DNA of 64,000 nucleotides from Candidatus Hopanoidivoransaceae bacterium (GTDB taxonomy: Bacteria > Actinomycetota > Acidimicrobiia > Acidimicrobiales > Hopanoidiivorantaceae). Position 1 is the first letter of the stretch. Every line of letters begins with the position of its first letter. The DNA lies in assembly GCA_965204495.1 (NCBI GenBank), contig OZ241989.1:2342605-2406604 (forward strand), read 5' to 3'. The notes beneath the pieces are model-generated. The model worked only from the letters and a program-made list of their open reading frames with translations, searched no databases and was not told where the DNA came from. Both the position numbers and the translations under genes were made by a program. Below, piece after piece: positions 1 to 13,287 of the stretch.

Positions 1-1367
1 GCAATAGCCCAGACAATCAAACTCTGCCCCCGCCCCATATCGCCGCAGACAAAAACCCCTTCCACGCTCGCCATCCAATCCTCCCCACGAGCCACATTCC
101 CCCGCTCGCTAAACTCAACCCCCAGATCCTCCAGCAGCCTCCCCCGCTCCGGCCCCACAAACCCCATCGCCAGCAGAACGATATCAGCTTCGTAAGTCTC
201 CTCTGTCCCAGCAATCGCCGGAAACGACATCCGCCCGTCTTCAAAAACCTGCTCCACCTGCACTGTCTGCAAACCCCGCAAGTTCCCTTCTTCGTCGCCC
301 AAGAATTCCGAGGTGTTGATGGCATACACCCGCTCGCCGCCTTCTTCGTGGGCAGAGGAAGTGCGATAGATGAACGGCCAGGTAGGCCAAGGATTAGCAT
401 CGGGCCGGTCGTCGGGCGGGCACGGCATGATCTCAAACTGATGCACCGAAGCGCAGCCGTGACGATGGACTGTGCCTAAGCAGTCGGCACCCGTATCGCC
501 GCCGCCGATGATGATCACATGCTTGCCTTCGGCAGAAAAAGGATGCTCGGCGATGTCGCCTTCTTGCACTTTGTTGGCCCAAGGCAGAAACTCCATCGCT
601 TGATAGATGCCTTTGAACTCGCGCCCAGGAATAGGCAGATCGCGCCACGCGGTAGCCCCGCCCGCCAAAACCACAGCGTCAAAGCCCTCACGCAGCTCGG
701 CTGCTGTGACATCCACCCCCACATCCACATTCGTTTCAAACTTCGTGCCCTCTGCTTCCATCTGCTCAAGACGGCGATCCAGCACTCGCTTCTCCATCTT
801 GAACTCTGGAATGCCGTAGCGCAGCAGCCCGCCTATCCGGTCGGCCCGCTCATAGCAGACCACATCGTGGCCGGCTCTGGTGAGCTGCTGAGCGGCTGCC
901 AAGCCTGCCGGCCCCGAACCGACCACCGCCACTTTTTTGCCTGTGAAGTGTTCGGGAATCTGCGGCACGACCCAGCCTTCTTTCCAAGCCCGATCTATGA
1001 TTTCCACTTCAACTTGCTTGATGGTTACCGGGTCTTCGTTGATGCCCAGCACGCAGGCGGCTTCGCACGGAGCCGGGCATAGGCGGCCTGTGAATTCCGG
1101 GAAATTGTTGGTGGCGTGGAGACGGTCTATGGCTTCGCGAAAATGCTCGCGATACACCAAGTCGTTCCATTCGGGGATGAGGTTGCCTAGCGGGCAGCCG
1201 TTGTTGCAGAAGGGAATGCCGCAGTCCATGCAGCGCGAGGCTTGCTTGCGGAGCTTGTTCTCAGGGAACGGCTCATACACCTCGCTCCAGTCGCGCAAGC
1301 GCACCGGCACCGAACGGCGATGAGGCAGCTCCCGCCCGTGCTTCATAAAGCCCTTGATGTCGCCCAT
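1..1367 (-). CDS. gltD: Glutamate synthase small (beta) subunit, NAD(P)H-dependent; its C-terminal end runs off the window
   Basis: Absent from the ORF track because it has no stop in the window. My reverse-strand translation from ATG 1367 reads MGDIKGFMKHGRELPHRRSVPVRLRDWSEVYEP...CMDCGIPFCNNGCPLGNLIPEWNDLV (Cys clusters), KKVAVVGSGPAGLAAAQQL (GxGxxG) and HVIIIGGGDTGADC. It lies 119 nt downstream of gltB. Confidence 0.9.
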   Translation of the reverse strand, partial: MGDIKGFMKHGRELPHRRSVPVRLRDWSEVYEPFPENKLRKQASRCMDCGIPFCNNGCPLGNLIPEWNDLVYREHFREAIDRLHATNNFPEFTGRLCPAPCEAACVLGINEDPVTIKQVEVEIIDRAWKEGWVVPQIPEHFTGKKVAVVGSGPAGLAAAQQLTRAGHDVVCYERADRIGGLLRYGIPEFKMEKRVLDRRLEQMEAEGTKFETNVDVGVDVTAAELREGFDAVVLAGGATAWRDLPIPGREFKGIYQAMEFLPWANKVQEGDIAEHPFSAEGKHVIIIGGGDTGADCLGTVHRHGCASVHQFEIMPCPPDDRPDANPWPTWPFIYRTSSAHEEGGERVYAINTSEFLGDEEGNLRGLQTVQVEQVFEDGRMSFPAIAGTEETYEADIVLLAMGFVGPERGRLLEDLGVEFSERGNVARGEDWMASVEGVFVCGDMGRGQSLIVWAI

Positions 1368-1486
1368 TAGTGTGTCTGCCTTTCGCCTATTCTGTTTCTG
1401 CTGGGTCTGCTTCTGTCTGCTTCTTGCTTCTGTGCGCGTTTGCTTTCAGCTTCCTCTGCCAGCTTCCAATTACAGCTTCCAAAGCC

Positions 1487-6361
<4,875 letters not shown>

Positions 6362-6585
6362 CCTTTTAGGATACCCGCCCTTCCCCCCAAGCCAACCGCC
6401 TGCGATGCCGCAGAGATTTTTCGCCCTGACAACACTCAGCAGCGAGATAAGCGTATAATTTGAGATATGACAAGCGCAGAGCGACAGCTATATGAGACCC
6501 CCCCCGCTGTTCAGCTGATGCCGGCGCGGAAACCGCTCTCAATGCCAAAACCGAGGTCGGCTTCACGCTTCAGACGCTCATCGTC

Positions 6586-7440
6586 ATGGCAGTATTCGTG
6601 CTCGCAGCCGTAGGAGCAGGCATAGGCCTGATTGCAGTCACCACCTCCTCCAGCGACGACTTTGAAGATGCAGGCAAAACAGGAGTAGAAGAACGCTGCG
6701 CGCCCAACGAGGTGAAAGACCCCGAGCTTGAAGCCAGAGGCGTGGCCGGCGTCAATCAGACATACAGAAGACCGGCATACAGTGAAAGCGACGAAATCGT
6801 AGCTGACGAAATCGGCTGCAACCCAATCTGCGGCACTTGGGAATATTACGACCCGGGCCTAGCAGCCGGAGGAATTGGCGGCCCAGAAGGCAACGGCGGA
6901 ATATACAGCACCGACGAAGGCTGCTTCGCCCCCTGCTACTGGTCAATTGGGTACGCCCGTACTGGTGGTTCAAATAGGCGTCCTGGAGCCGCGCATGTAA
7001 GAGGATCATATGGACTTAGTCGCTTGCTCTATTTTGACGACAACCGCGCTCCAGTGGTGGATCAAGTCCGTTTGGGCGTCAACTATAGAAGATCCGCTAT
7101 GCCGAATGATCCCCTTCCCCTCCCCAGTGCAGCGAATCTTTTTGCACAACATAACGATCTGGATTTTCCTGGTAGAGGACGCGACACTACCGGCAAGCAT
7201 TTCTTTTGGACAAATTTTAGTCCAACTACAGCAGGAATCAGAAATGTAGCCGGAACTCTTCCGCTTCACCCTGACCATATCGCAGCAGGCTTTCCAACAG
7301 TCTTCAAACCCAACTGGCACAGATCTGACGACGAGAACTGGGAAGTGCGAGCCGATCCCTCTGAGGGGATATGCTCAATAGTCGACATAACTAACGACCA
7401 AGTCATCTGCTCCTCCGAACAGGACAGCTGCCGCCCCTAA
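6586..7440 (+). CDS. Cys-rich secreted/pilin-like protein, paralog 1; the 5' leader is out of frame, so possibly phase-OFF or decaying
   Basis: 284-aa ORF starting inside the hydrophobic segment (MAVFVLAAVGAGIGLIAV). The upstream in-frame sequence encodes ...RCSADAGAETALNAKTEVGFTLQTLIV without a start codon. ATG 6492 is one frame off across the C8 tract at 6498-6505. It shares the motifs CAPNE, GC(N/E)P(I/Y)C.TWEY, GGPEGNGG, CFAPCYW and C-terminal VCSSE..C with the other three paralogs. Confidence 0.6.
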   Translation: MAVFVLAAVGAGIGLIAVTTSSSDDFEDAGKTGVEERCAPNEVKDPELEARGVAGVNQTYRRPAYSESDEIVADEIGCNPICGTWEYYDPGLAAGGIGGPEGNGGIYSTDEGCFAPCYWSIGYARTGGSNRRPGAAHVRGSYGLSRLLYFDDNRAPVVDQVRLGVNYRRSAMPNDPLPLPSAANLFAQHNDLDFPGRGRDTTGKHFFWTNFSPTTAGIRNVAGTLPLHPDHIAAGFPTVFKPNWHRSDDENWEVRADPSEGICSIVDITNDQVICSSEQDSCRP

Positions 7441-7525
7441 ACCGCTAGCCCCAACCGCTAGCCCCCAAAACCCTCCAGCCCGCTCTTTCTTCGGCGGCAC
7501 GACTCCCTCTGAGACTATCCGTCTG

Positions 7526-7574
7526 CCAGTCTGCCCACCAGCATCAGAGCCGTTAGCAGCAGGCGGGCTGGGCG
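7526..7574 (-). repeat. Fragment of the trkH 3' end (encodes RPARLLLTALMLVGRL)
   Basis: ccagtctgcccaccagcatcagagccgttagcagcaggcgggctgggcg aligns by eye with 22149-22197 of the intact trkH 3' end (caagcctgcctactagcatcagggcggatagcaggaggcgggctgggcg). The orientation is the same. Confidence 0.75.
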
Positions 7575-7612
7575 CAATGCTGATGCCGTAGTGTGGCGAG
7601 CGGATTGCGCTG

Positions 7613-7700
7613 GCGAAAAAATTTTATAATAAATGATGCAATGTGGCAAAAGTTGTATATAATGCATCAATAGCAGCTTTGCTCCGACAGCACAAGGAGA
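7613..7700 (+). promoter_or_regulatory. Conserved upstream block (putative promoter plus SD) of pilin-like paralog 2
   Basis: The block gaaaaaatttTATAATaaatgatgcaat...gTATAATgca...AAGGAGA is conserved upstream of paralogs 2, 3 and 4. TATAAT occurs at 7625-7630 and 7658-7663. The SD AAGGAGA at 7694-7700 lies 8 nt before ATG 7709. Confidence 0.4.
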
Positions 7701-7708
7701 TGCCAGCA

Positions 7709-8770
7709 ATGAAGATCGCCGAACCCAAGACCACCCCCCCCCGCTGTTCAGCTGACACCAGCGCAGCCGCAACCGCTCACGCAACCTCAGCCCCAGCCGC
7801 CTCCGCCCCCGCCGGCAAGACCGAACTCGGCTTCACGCTTCAGACGCTCATCGTCATGGCAGTCTTCACGCTCGCAGCCGTAGGAGTCGGCTTAGGCCTG
7901 CTAGCCGTCAACAGCGCATCCAGCAGCAGCTTTGAAGAAGCAGGCCAAACAGGAGTAGAAGCACGCTGCGCGCCCAACGAAATCTGGGACCCAGAACTTG
8001 AAAGCCGAGGCATAGGCGGCCCCGACAGCCAAGGCGGAATAAGAAGCAAACAGGTCGGCTGCGAGCCCTACTGCGGAACTTGGGAATACCTCTCAACAGG
8101 CACAAACGAAAACGGCGAATACGAACCAGCAGAATCCCCAGCATCCGCCAGACAATCAAGCATCGGCGGGCCAGAAGGCAACGGCGGTGTCTACAGCCAA
8201 AACATCGGCTGCTTCGCTCCCTGCTACTGGGAAATCTCTTACCCCACCGGGGTGTGGCGTCCTGCACCAGGAAATGTAAAGGGGACAACAAGTCTCCTGC
8301 GCTACTTTGACGACAACCGCGCTCCAGTGGCGGATCAACTCCGCTTGGGCGTCAACTACAGAAGATCCGCAGACTTGAGCGTTCCCATAGGCGACAATCC
8401 GGGCAACCTCCAGAAAAACAACGATCTGCAGCTTCAGCATGCAGTGCGAAACAAGGACGGCAAGCCTTACATTCTCACAAGACGGGATAACCTTCGGCGA
8501 TTCGGATCCAGGTATGTTACCGGCACACTTCCGCTGACCCCTGAACAGCTTGCTCTCGGACTTCCCACAGTTTTCACACCCAACTGGAGATCCATGGGAG
8601 ACGACCCCGGCGACACCGCCCGCAACGGCACCACCTGGGAAGACGAGAACTGGGAAATACGAGCCGACCCATACGAAAAGGAATGCACGATAGTCAACAT
8701 TAACCCGAGCCCCGGCTACCCCGAACTAGTCTGCTCCTCCGAATGGGACAACTGCGAACCCCGCCCCTAA
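7709..8770 (+). CDS. Cys-rich secreted protein with prepilin-like N-terminus, paralog 2
   Basis: The ORF track starts at GTG 7643. I prefer ATG 7709 because of the SD. The protein begins MKIAEPKTTPPRCSAD, has an Ala/Ser/Pro-rich ~40-aa leader, then ELG-FTLQTLIVMAVFTLAAVGVGLGLLAV (like prepilin G|FTLIE but with Thr at +5), then a Cys-rich ectodomain ending VCSSEWDNCEPRP. Confidence 0.75.
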   Translation: MKIAEPKTTPPRCSADTSAAATAHATSAPAASAPAGKTELGFTLQTLIVMAVFTLAAVGVGLGLLAVNSASSSSFEEAGQTGVEARCAPNEIWDPELESRGIGGPDSQGGIRSKQVGCEPYCGTWEYLSTGTNENGEYEPAESPASARQSSIGGPEGNGGVYSQNIGCFAPCYWEISYPTGVWRPAPGNVKGTTSLLRYFDDNRAPVADQLRLGVNYRRSADLSVPIGDNPGNLQKNNDLQLQHAVRNKDGKPYILTRRDNLRRFGSRYVTGTLPLTPEQLALGLPTVFTPNWRSMGDDPGDTARNGTTWEDENWEIRADPYEKECTIVNINPSPGYPELVCSSEWDNCEPRP

Positions 8771-8933
8771 ACCCTCCAGCTTCCAAAGCCCCCCCCCAGC
8801 ATCCAGACCCTCCAGCCCTCTGCATCAGACGGGCTGGGGGCTTCAACCCAGCCTCCCTGAAACCTCCAGCCTCTGATTTTGCCCCAGCCTGAGCTTGGGG
8901 AAACCAGCGGGCATTGCCTAGGATTTTGCTCCC

Positions 8934-9019
8934 GAAAAAATTCTATAATAAATGATGCAATATGATGGATGTCGTGTATAATGCAACTATTGCAGCTTTA
9001 TATAGAGAGCACGAGGAGA
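8934..9019 (+). promoter_or_regulatory. Conserved upstream block of pilin-like paralog 3
   Basis: Same block as 7613-7700. TATAAT occurs at 8944-8949 and 8977-8982. The SD GAGGAGA is at 9013-9019, ahead of ATG 9028. Confidence 0.4.
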
Positions 9020-9027
9020 CCGCCGCA

Positions 9028-10074
9028 ATGAAGATCGCCGAACCCAAGACCACCCCCCGCTGTTCAGCTGACGCCAGCGCAGCCGCAACCGCTCACGCAA
9101 CCTCAGCCCCTGCCGCCTCCGCCCCCGCCGGCAAGAGCGAAGTCGGCTTCACGCTTCAGACACTCATAGTAATGGCGGTATTCGTGCTCGCAGCCGTAGG
9201 AGTCGGAATAGGCCTGCTAGCCGTAAACAGCGCCACCAGCGACGACTTTGAAGAAGCAGGTCAAACAGGAGTAGAAGCACGCTGCGCGCCCAACGAAATC
9301 TGGGATCCAGAACTTGAAAGCCGAGGCATCGGCGGCCCCGACAGCCAAGGCGGTGTACGAAGCAAGCAGGTCGGCTGCGAGCCCTACTGCGGAACTTGGG
9401 AATTCCTATCAACAGGCACAAACGAAAACGGCGAATACGAACCAGCAGAATCCCCAGCCGCAGCCAGACAATCAAGCATCGGCGGCCCAGAAGGCAACGG
9501 CGGAGTGTTCAGCCAAAACATCGGCTGCTTCGCTCCCTGCTACTGGTCATACACTAACGGTGTAGGGCGGCCTACAGCAACTAATGGAGTTATAGCGAAT
9601 ACTACTAGCTTGCAATATCACGACGACAACCGCGCTCCTGCAGTAAAGCAAGTACGCTTGGGAGTCAACTACAAGAGGACCTCTTCCACTCATGTTAGAT
9701 GGCAGAGTGATATACAAATCGACAACATTTACAACAATCTAGACGTTGGTAAGCCCTTCATCATAGCCCGCAACGGTCGTGGAAGTGGTGTAGCACCGGG
9801 AACTCCACTTACTCCTGCATTAATAGCAGAACTGGCTCCTGCATTCCCGGGAGGAATAGTTCCCACAGTTTTTAAACCCAACTGGAGAACTAACAACCGA
9901 GATGCACGAAATCCAGTTACTGACCCTGGAGGCACTGCCCGCAACGGCAACGACTGGGAAGACAACAACTGGGAATACAGAGCCGACCCATACAACAAGG
10001 TATGCACGATAGTAAACATAACCCTTGACGATCAAGTCGTCTGCTCCTCCGAAGACGGCAGCTGCGACCCCTAA
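9028..10074 (+). CDS. Cys-rich secreted protein with prepilin-like N-terminus, paralog 3
   Basis: The ORF track starts at 8962; the SD supports ATG 9028. The N-terminal ~180 aa are almost identical to paralog 2. The middle region is divergent. The C-terminal motif EDNNWEYRADPYNKVCTIVNI...VCSSEDGSCDP is conserved. Confidence 0.75.
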   Translation: MKIAEPKTTPRCSADASAAATAHATSAPAASAPAGKSEVGFTLQTLIVMAVFVLAAVGVGIGLLAVNSATSDDFEEAGQTGVEARCAPNEIWDPELESRGIGGPDSQGGVRSKQVGCEPYCGTWEFLSTGTNENGEYEPAESPAAARQSSIGGPEGNGGVFSQNIGCFAPCYWSYTNGVGRPTATNGVIANTTSLQYHDDNRAPAVKQVRLGVNYKRTSSTHVRWQSDIQIDNIYNNLDVGKPFIIARNGRGSGVAPGTPLTPALIAELAPAFPGGIVPTVFKPNWRTNNRDARNPVTDPGGTARNGNDWEDNNWEYRADPYNKVCTIVNITLDDQVVCSSEDGSCDP

Positions 10075-10178
10075 ACCCTGAAACCTCAAAACCCCAACCA
10101 GCCAATGCCCGCCGGCATACCCGCCCACCCCAAAGCCACCCCACCAGCCTGCTCCCCCAAACAGGACACCTGCCCCCT

Positions 10179-10405
10179 CCTCATCAGAGCGGCTAGCAGC
10201 AGGCGGGCCGGGCGCAATGGTGCGGAAATGCGGCAAGGGCTGCGTCTGACATCACCCTTCACCCCCTGCCGAAGCAGCAGCAACCGCTAGCAGTGCCAGC
10301 ACTCGCAGTCGCAGCGAGGAGGCGGGATGCCGGCATTCACATGTCTGAGTAGAAACGAGACGCTTTCGGATGGGGTCTGAAGCTCACCGCAACATGATGT
10401 CCGAT
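10179..10405. repeat. Composite junction: trkH 3' fragment, pilin-gene 5' (TM-coding)-like fragment, and a copy of the AlbA_2 gene 3' end
   Basis: 10179-10213 (ctcatcagagcggctagcagcaggcgggccgggcg) is trkH-like. 10287-10405 (ctagcagtgccagcactcgcag...ggatgccggcattcacatgtctgagtagaaacgagacgctttcggatggggtctgaagctcaccgcaacatgatgtccgat) matches 16317-16435, which is the stop region of the intact AlbA_2 gene. Confidence 0.8.
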
Positions 10406-10533
10406 TTAGCCTGTGCTTGTTCCCGACAATTTTCTCTATGAGAAAAGAGACGAAGCCGATACGCTACGGGCAATGCTAGCCGAGGTACGCATTTCATGGT
10501 TTACTAATGATGCTATTCTGCTAGAGTTCCCCA

Positions 10534-11073
10534 CTAATCATGGAGAGCACGCTTGTCTTCCGCTATTGCTGAGGCAGAGACTTCTGATATAAATGCTGCG
10601 ATAACGCTGGTGAGCTTCAGCTTTGGATATGCCTCAGCAACCAGGGCATACAAGTTTTTTTCAGAAATTATGCCTGTCGTTCTTGCGAGAAATATGGCAT
10701 CTTTTTTGTCTACTTCCCGGGATGCCGCTATTTTCATCGCCAGAATGCCCCTCTCGTCTGGTGTTTCAACAATCAATTTTCGGCCTGAGAACACCCTTTG
10801 CAAATTCAAAGGTATCCCTGTCGGCAAATTGCCTGCTGCTGAATCGTTCACCCACCAATATGCCAGACCATTCCTTTTGGCAACACTAGCTACAGCTTCT
10901 TTCAAGTACGCTGGCAAAAGATCCGAAGCGACATCCACATCTTTAGTTCTTCTATCAACAGCCAAAAATGCCATAGAAGCTCCGCCGACTATCACCAACT
11001 CGGTGAAAGGGCAATCCAGCAGCTCCTTGTCCAATTCATCAAACAGAACCAGCAATCTGAGCCTATCCAGCAT
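10534..11073 (-). CDS. Nucleotidyltransferase-fold protein (candidate toxin/effector of a 2-gene module)
   Basis: 179 aa. ELVIVGGASMAFLAVDRRTKDVDVASD fits the NTase-fold hG[GS]...DxD signature. It is a clear paralog of 29794..30303, sharing YWW.ND.AAG, RRVFSGRKLIVETPDER and LAMKIAASR. Its start lies 3 nt downstream of the stop of its upstream partner. Confidence 0.65.
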   Translation of the reverse strand: MLDRLRLLVLFDELDKELLDCPFTELVIVGGASMAFLAVDRRTKDVDVASDLLPAYLKEAVASVAKRNGLAYWWVNDSAAGNLPTGIPLNLQRVFSGRKLIVETPDERGILAMKIAASREVDKKDAIFLARTTGIISEKNLYALVAEAYPKLKLTSVIAAFISEVSASAIAEDKRALHD

Positions 11074-11076
11074 TCT

Positions 11077-11598
11077 CTAACCAATCTGACGCATCTTCAG
11101 CGAAGTACGGTTAAGCAAGTCTTCTTCAAAATACACACCGTGCTTCTCGCATGGACTCGGAGCGACAGCCTTTACATGCTTGCCGAAGGGCGTAGCAACG
11201 GAGCCCCCCGAAAGTGTCGCTTCAGGCACCAGACTGACTTCAACTGCCCAATCTGGCAAGGGCAGCCCATCTCGGTCGCAAAGAGAATGAACCACAGACG
11301 CCAACGCCGCCAAAAGAAACCTGTCAGCATCATGGGGAGGCTCTCCAGCCAGCATGTCCATACGGCGATGCGGCATGTAATTCCAGTTGTCAATGAACAA
11401 CAGCAACGGGCGTGTTATCATCATCGAATCCGCCTCCACCATCTCAGCGATCATGTCACCAGCAGCAGTAAACGGCACATCCCAAGATTCCTCAGTCGCC
11501 GCTCTCAGATCGGAACTCGCCTCAGCAGCCTGCTTGAACTCCAGAACTTGGCTCTCGCCCTGCCCTGTCAGGTCATCTATCTCGGCGTTGCTGCTCAT
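11077..11598 (-). CDS. Partner of the NTase-fold protein; chimeric 5' end taken from the AlbA_2 gene
   Basis: 173 aa. The first 23 aa (MSSNAEIDDLTGQGESQVLEFKQ) and ~250 bp upstream match the AlbA_2 gene 16367..17527. The remainder (AAEASS...AAGDMIAEMVEADSMMITRPLLLFIDNWN...) is paralogous to 30278..30748. Confidence 0.65.
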   Translation of the reverse strand: MSSNAEIDDLTGQGESQVLEFKQAAEASSDLRAATEESWDVPFTAAGDMIAEMVEADSMMITRPLLLFIDNWNYMPHRRMDMLAGEPPHDADRFLLAALASVVHSLCDRDGLPLPDWAVEVSLVPEATLSGGSVATPFGKHVKAVAPSPCEKHGVYFEEDLLNRTSLKMRQIG

Positions 11599-11893
11599 AA
11601 TGCAATTTTAGCATGTTCGCCTGCTGATGCCCGCAATCTCGCCCATAAATTAGGCAGGCAATCAATCCCAATGGCAACCGGGCCTGGTAAACAGCCCCCG
11701 CCCTTGAAAACCAGCCTTGAAACCTGGAATCAGCCTCTGCCAAGCTTCGCCACGCGGGCTGCCCGCCTGCCTTATCTGCCACCACAGCCAAAGCAGCCAG
11801 CCTCTGCGAAGCTTCGCGGCTGCTGGGACGAACATCAACAGCACAGCCACTATCCCCAGTCGCCCCACCAACATCAGAGCGGCTAGCAAGAGC
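11531..11893 (-). repeat. Repeat: AlbA_2 5' end plus upstream region, which itself contains trkH stop-proximal and 3'-end fragments
   Basis: 11531-~11848 aligns with 17460-~17785 (tgcttgaactccagaacttggctctcgccctgccctgtcaggtcatctatctcggcgttgctgctcataatgcaattttagcatgt...). 11728-11752 and 11797-11893 resemble the trkH stop region and 3' end at 22085-22190. Confidence 0.8.
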
Positions 11894-11965
11894 TGTGTGG
11901 CATCTCCAAAAGCAACATAGGCAGCAGGTTGCTGTCTCTCAGAATCGGCACGGAAACAAATTGCT

Positions 11966-12442
11966 TTAGAGATACTGGAGAGCTTTCTTTCTCTGATCCC
12001 GCACGAACCGCATCGTTTCGGCTGGCGTTTCCACCATTGAAGGGTCTTCAGAAAACGGGCGAAAAGACTCAGGCAGATCGGCGCGCCTTTGCGGCAAGTC
12101 CATCACCGCCCACCTTATGTAGCCTTCGTGGGCTTCTCTGAGGTGCTTCATCCCAATCCCAGCCCAGTCCGCTATCTGCTGCATCTCGCTCCAGCAGACA
12201 GCCTGCTCGCTGCCTTCGAGAATGTCTCGGACAGCGCAACAAAAACTCCTTCCGTCCGCCAAGACAGGCATATCTTCGCTATCTATGCTGGCGCAGTCGC
12301 CGCATTTCGAATGCCTGGATGCCTCTAGCTCGGACATCAGCTTCAACCGCAGAGTTTCCTGCCAGCGCATACGCTCCAACAACGACATCTCATCAGGCCG
12401 TGTTTTCATCATGTCTCCCAGCATATCCCACACATGCAGCAT
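11966..12442 (-). CDS. Hypothetical protein (158 aa)
   Basis: An uninterrupted ORF in the dominant island orientation. I recognise no motif. Flanked by junction repeats. Confidence 0.45.
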   Translation of the reverse strand: MLHVWDMLGDMMKTRPDEMSLLERMRWQETLRLKLMSELEASRHSKCGDCASIDSEDMPVLADGRSFCCAVRDILEGSEQAVCWSEMQQIADWAGIGMKHLREAHEGYIRWAVMDLPQRRADLPESFRPFSEDPSMVETPAETMRFVRDQRKKALQYL

Positions 12443-12660
12443 TCGCCGACATCTGCAATATCAGACCAGCGACCTCACGCTTCAAGCCCTCATAGCCACA
12501 GCAGTCCTGGTGCTTGATGCCAAGTTCGGCGGGCCGGCAGGTTTTTACACGGACTCTGAAAATGTGAAGCTCTACAAACGGCAAAGCGAGCGGCTTGTCG
12601 CTGCCTGAAGAAAACATCGGCGATATCTGATGAACGCTGCGTTCAGATTATCTGAAATGT

Positions 12661-12969
12661 TTACTTCACCCATGCAACCTTGGTGAACTTGAGTCCGCTG
12701 ACTGCCTTGTCATGGGCGGCGTCTAGTTCGTCGAACTTGATCGTCACCCAGCGTTCTATATCTTTGGCGAATCTTTCGTCGCCTTCTTCGTCTACCTGGA
12801 CATTGATGAACCTTTCGCCCCTTTTGTCTGTTCCCCATTCCACCCGATACAAGGATGAGCCACGCCGTTCTATGTGCATATGGCGGGTGCTTTTCCCTGG
12901 CGGATGGCGCCTCTCTTTTATGACATATCCCCGAAGTCCGCGCGGGAGGGTATCGCAAACGCAAGGCAT
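12661..12969 (-). CDS. DUF4160-like small protein
   Basis: 102 aa. RRHPPGKSTRHMHIERRG and ERWVTIKFDELDAAHDKA resemble, from memory, the DUF4160 signature (..H.PHIHV.., ..AWI.I..DEL). It lies downstream of a DUF2442 gene, as in the 15.2-16.1 kb pair. Confidence 0.55.
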   Translation of the reverse strand: MPCVCDTLPRGLRGYVIKERRHPPGKSTRHMHIERRGSSLYRVEWGTDKRGERFINVQVDEEGDERFAKDIERWVTIKFDELDAAHDKAVSGLKFTKVAWVK

Positions 12970-12981
12970 CGTCAGATGCTG

Positions 12982-13287
12982 CTACGCAGGAACGGAAACC
13001 GTCTCAAAAGCCGAACGCCACTGCTCGTATGGCATTTCTACAAGCTCCTCGGCGCAGAGAACGGGTGAGATGTGGCTGTCTTCTCCCCAGCAGGCCATCC
13101 CGGCATCTACTTTCCATCGGTTGAACCCTTCGGTGTCCCATTTGTCGCAGGGATGCCCCGTCCAGTCGGACATGTCTACCACGCCCGAGCGTCCGTCTTT
13201 CATCCACACATACAACTGCCTGCCCGTGGGCGCGGCCTCCACCGCTTTCACAGAGGGCAATTTAACTCGTGTTATAGTCGTTTTCAT
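12982..13287 (-). CDS. DUF2442 family protein
   Basis: The ORF track extends to 13545 across a trkH fragment. I start at ATG 13287 (MKTTITRVKLPSVKAVEAAPTGRQLYVWMKDGRSGVVDMSDW...FNRWKVDAGMACWGEDSHISPVLC), which looks like a typical DUF2442 fold sequence. Confidence 0.65.
   Translation of the reverse strand: MKTTITRVKLPSVKAVEAAPTGRQLYVWMKDGRSGVVDMSDWTGHPCDKWDTEGFNRWKVDAGMACWGEDSHISPVLCAEELVEMPYEQWRSAFETVSVPA

Noticed and set aside
7643-7708. Longer N-termini for the pilin-like genes (GTG 7643, ATG 8962, ATG 20860)
   Set aside because: The extra codons run through TATAAT-containing conserved upstream DNA. A strong SD (AAGGAGA/GAGGAGA) sits 7-8 nt before the internal ATG (MKIAEP..). The 20860 extension additionally reads through a trkH fragment. 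The longer forms cannot be fully excluded.
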